From Iphione sp. A-MEVVRFRX5 (taxonomy: Eukaryota), in the NCBI GenBank assembly GCA_976226885.1, contig OZ320321.1, forward strand, positions 4,154,001 through 4,218,000: a stretch of DNA of 64,000 bases, read 5' to 3'. Below, piece after piece: positions 59,880-64,000 of this stretch. The notes under the pieces were generated by a model. That model was not told where the DNA came from. It searched no databases and saw only the letters and a list, made by a program, of their open reading frames with translations. The translations under genes and the position numbers were made by a program. Position 1 is the first letter of the stretch. The number at the start of each line of letters is the position of its first letter.

Positions 59880-60940
59880 TGATAGATTGAAAAAGGTTGT
59901 GGGTTAAGGGTACATACCCAATAATTGATTGTCTTGTAGATATTACCACTCTTTCAAAGAATGATTCACTGATGCATCTTCATGTAGGTGGATGTAGCCC
60001 CTGTGGATGCTTCACATAATCCAATTAATCCCTGTGGAAGTTGTAAAACTGTGTTGTACTTTATCTATATTTGCTTTATAAATGGAACATTGATTTCAAA
60101 GGTACGATAAAATTATACTGACCTTATATGAAAATAATCATAGCAGATGTTTATTTGCTCCAAGTACACTCCAGTGTGAGATGAGACATTATGATTGACA
60201 AAATCAGAAAGTGGCTAGGTTTCTGAAAGCAGATTGAATATTCTGGTCCTGTTTTATATTCTTCATCTACTTATATGGATGATCCAGTTTACATAATAAT
60301 CTTATAAGTACTTACAAAATTTTGTGAAGTAAAAAATCTAATTGTCATAGAAAAGTGACATATGTCTTATGTCAAGTCCAGAGGTAATAGTGATGTCCAG
60401 CTCAGTATTGTTGAGCACAGCGATAAAAGAATAAATAATTAATGGCTTATTAAACAATTGACTATCAGAACCCATTGGTAATCAATTGCAAATGTATGAA
60501 GATGTGTTCTACGAAATTGCTATATCAAGCATGATGTGACAATTGAAAGTCTAAAGAAGTTGTCAGTAGACTTCGCTTATAAAAGACCCATTGATTTTGA
60601 TTAAAAAAATTATCCTGAAAATAGATTTAAGATACTTACTTGAATAGTACTTACCTGATGCAGGAAGGTTGTTTATGTATAACTGCTGTATCAAAGAATA
60701 TCACTATGGCATTTGCTCTTGAGAAAGTTGTGAAGAACAAACTCACATTTAATTTGTGAGAAAATTGTCTCGGAAATATATGAGACAAATCATTGAATAA
60801 TGATACTTACCTGATGGTGAAATCCCAAGTAGATATTTCCGGTTTCCAATTTAACTGGTGCATCTTCATAAGTGAGCCTTGCAGTTGGATGTAGACCAAA
60901 CAACAATCAGATTGGATGATTCACATAATCAATGAATACT
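59880..60940 (-). other. Decayed paralogous exon-like blocks with GTAAGT/GTATGT donors
   Basis: Minus-strand CAG|GTAAGT at ~60655 and ~60810. Blocks ~59930-60030 and ~60810-60940 share gattatgtgaa.catcca...tgaagatgca.cag...gg.aatatctac. Confidence 0.3.
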
Positions 60941-61329
60941 TGTAGAGGTAACAGAACTTGCTTGATATACTTATACTTCCTTCATAAATAAAACATTTAA
61001 ATTACACTAAATATATACTGCCCTTGAATTAAAATTATTGTAGTAAATGTTACATTATCCAAGTTATAGGTCAGTGTATTGAGAAGCAAGGTGAATGAAT
61101 GAAAATCAAAATTTTGTGAAGTCAAAGAAGGCTTATTGTCATAGTAAAATGGCAGCCCTATGTCTAGCACAGTGTAAAAAGAAAAATGATGATTGACAAG
61201 TTCACATATGTTTGAGGGAACAAATCATAATCAAAACTCAGTATTGCTCAATCTTCTATTATAATTACTATCATGTGCATTCATAATATAAAGAAGTTTG
61301 CAGAAGACGAGACTAATCAAAGAGACACT

Positions 61330-64000
61330 TGTATTATATTATGATATAACTGTGTTGTATTATGGTTTGTTCCTTGATATAAATGACATTGGATAATAGG
61401 GTAGATAATACTTGCCTAATGTTGGAATGTCCTTTATATTGTTGGGTGGAGGATACTTTAGCAGAGGGTGAATAAGCTGAGTACAAAATTCTGGAGGGGT
61501 TATCAGCGGAGGTAGGAAAGTCAGTAATAATGGAGGGAGGAAACACTGTATGAATATATACTCATGTTGGAGTTTGTTGTACTTGCCCTTCATCCTTGTT
61601 TGAATAAACACCGTTCAAGTTGCATTCCAGGTTGTCGTTATACTAGTGGAAGCCAACATTGTTGTTAGAAGTGGGATGTGAAGGGGGCTTCTGGGCCACC
61701 TCCTTGGGCCCAAAGCTGGGAACAGATGCCCTCCACAACCCCACAAGAGATCGGCTGCCAAACCAGGGACATAGAGGGTCACATGTAGCACACATGTGAA
61801 GGATGCTGAAGGGAGAGATGTTCAGCAGCTGCCACCTGAAAGGCTATGCCTGGGATGCACTCCCTTCAGCTTATGGTTAGGAGGTGAGGTATCAGAGTGG
61901 AAGGAGGCAACCCCTTCTGAATGCAGGGATAGAGGCTCCATGGAAAAGATCACACATAGGGCCAGGAGACAGCACATTAACCCCACCCAGAGGAACCCCT
62001 ACCCTATCAGTAGGGGCTGGAAGTACAGGATAAGAAGGGGAGGAGAAACCAGAGCAGGAGTCAGAGGAAGAGGAGGGGCCTGCTTGGCATCCAAAAGGAA
62101 TGAAGGCCAAACCTGTGCCCTATGATGCTGGCCAGGACCTTGACAATTACCTTCATCACTTTGGTCTCTTGGCTATAGCCAACAAGTGAACCAATAAGAA
62201 TAAAGCAATAAACATTGGCATTAGTGTTCATAAAATTGGTGGAGGCCCTGCTTGGGTACTTCATTTTGCTTGATCAGGTGGATCTATACAGACAACAATT
62301 TAAGACGTAAAAGCAAGGATATGCCAAAATATTGCAGCTGACAGATGATATAAAAAACCTGGTGCAGAGGGCTTACACTGAGCACTAGGTAGATGAATTC
62401 TGTAAAGAGGGGTTCATCAAGGGCAATCTGAGATGAGAAGGTCTGGAAGTGGGTGGTCCAGAAGATGGTCAGTAATTTCAGAGCATTAATATCAGAGTCC
62501 CTCTTCGGAGAGGCCTGCCATCATGGCTGGAAGGAGTGTGAGCCTGCCCCAATGAAGGCCCCCTCGCAACAGAGCTGCCATGCCCTGTTGACCATGGGCA
62601 GGTCAGACAAGAGAAAGACAGAGGATGATCTACCATTGTTCTTGGCCAAGATACTAAACATCTCAAAAAGCGTTTGGCCTGAAGTGAGCACCTGTGTGGA
62701 CTGGGAGAGGCGGTGGAGGTGTCCATCTCCATGTAAAAATTAAATCAATGGCCGAGGTAGAGGAGGACATGGAACCTTCAACTGTAGGAAGCTGGACCAT
62801 TGTCCTGATGGGTCAGGTAGAACCCATCACAGGGGCTCTCAGTGTCCAGGGGAAGGTGATGGGACAGGTGGTTACTTGGCTAGTGGACACCAAGGCCTCT
62901 ATCATCTTTGTGGTATGGACCACATAGACCCTGGGGCTGCTGGTGATGGCCCTCCCAGGACAGAAGATCATCGCTGCAGATAAAAGCCCCTTCCCCTGCA
63001 TGGGAAAGACTTGTGTGATGGCCAAGTTTGGAGGAACTGGATGGATGATGGCGGCATTTGTCACCGATGTGGAGCATGCAGCCATCCCGAGTATGGACGG
63101 CCACTGCCTATGAGGGGGAGTGGTTGCCACTGCAGCTGGTACCATATATTTGTGAACCAATAGAGGAGAAATGGATAAGGTCTATCTTCCTGAGGATACC
63201 CAGCTTGAGGGGAAGACCAAGGCTCTAGTGTCAGTAACGATGAGCAGGCTTTGAAGGGCACCTAGATCTTGGAGGGAAAGAACAACAAGAAGACACTAGG
63301 TATATCCAGATTTTGGAGAGGCTGATGAGGATAATAACTTCATCTAGTAGCCCCAGTGAGTGACACTTGGTGTGGGAGGTCTTGGGGTAGCATTGAAGCT
63401 CATTCAACAGGCAGCCAGAAGACCTGGGAAGGACAAACCTGGTGGAGCAAAAAGTACACACTGTGATCAAGCACCCCTACAGCAGCATTTTCTAAGGTTA
63501 CCCCCACATAAGAAGAGCATTCCTGAGGCAGAGGTGTAGAAAGCGATTTACCAGAGAGGCCTTGAGCCCTCCAGCAGCCTGTGGGTTTCACTTGTAGTGC
63601 TAGTTAAGAAACACAGTGCAGAGTGGCACTTCTGCATCAATTTCCGGAGGTTGAATGAGTGTACCTGCAAGAATGCTTACCAGTTACTTAGGGTAGATGA
63701 CACCATGTATGCCCTACCCAGGACCCATTACTTCAAGGTCATTGATCTTGCCTCCTGGCAGGTGCCTCAAGACTGCCCCCCAAGACTGTGCTCTGTAACC
63801 CCTCTGGTCTCTACCAGTTCTGCACAATGCCCTTTGGGCTCTGCAATGCCTTATCTAGATTCAACTGGCTCATGGATGTGGTACTCCAAGGGCTGGTAGA
63901 GGAGGCTTTCCTTGTGTACCTTTACCATGTGATATAGTTATAACAACCATGGTGTCAGAGATGCGCAAGCAACTTGAGGAGGTTCTGGAGTGCCTGGAAG
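61330..64000 (+). mobile_element. Decayed Gypsy element C (same gag type as A), truncated by window end
   Basis: LTR end ...gccaaca (61658). PBS TGTTGTTAGAAGTGGGAT (61660-61677, tRNA-Leu-like). gag KPVPYDAG.DL.NYLHHF.LLAIANK (~62100). PR WLVDTKAS (~62880). RT LVKKH..EWHFCINFRRLN (~63600). The left LTR boundary is uncertain. Confidence 0.78.

Overview
Eukaryotic (metazoan, by inference) transposon-dense window; no intact host gene was recognised. The background is AT-rich, internally duplicated DNA carrying nested mobile elements. (1) A Penelope-like retroelement (6371-15878) has hammerhead- and intron-bearing direct terminal repeats and an extra C2H2 zinc-finger ORF. It is split by a 7-exon piggyBac transposon (9177-13899, TTAA TSD). 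(2) A nearly intact CR1/L2-group LINE (~16190-23100) has an ORF1 ending in a NADAR/YbiA-like domain and a separate SGNH-esterase-like ORF. (3) An old Gypsy element A (24946-59120, TTAT TSD) has an internal promoter and a C2H2 accessory ORF. (4) A ~26 kb minus-strand Gypsy element B (33038-58961, CTCG TSD) is inserted in the 3' LTR of element A. Besides gag/pol, element B carries ~16 kb of accessory sequence: an F-protein-like env, three paralogous unknown ORFs each directly behind a splice acceptor, a tandem C2H2 ORF, and three AGCCG-initiated Pol III-type (A/B-box) RNA units. Two of these units fold back into long terminal stems ending at a T-run, as adenovirus VA and EBV EBER RNAs do. (5) A decayed Gypsy C runs off the right end. 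The best candidates for undescribed biology are the complex-retrovirus-like element B and the NADAR-bearing LINE. All domain calls are by-eye motif recognition; no database search was run.
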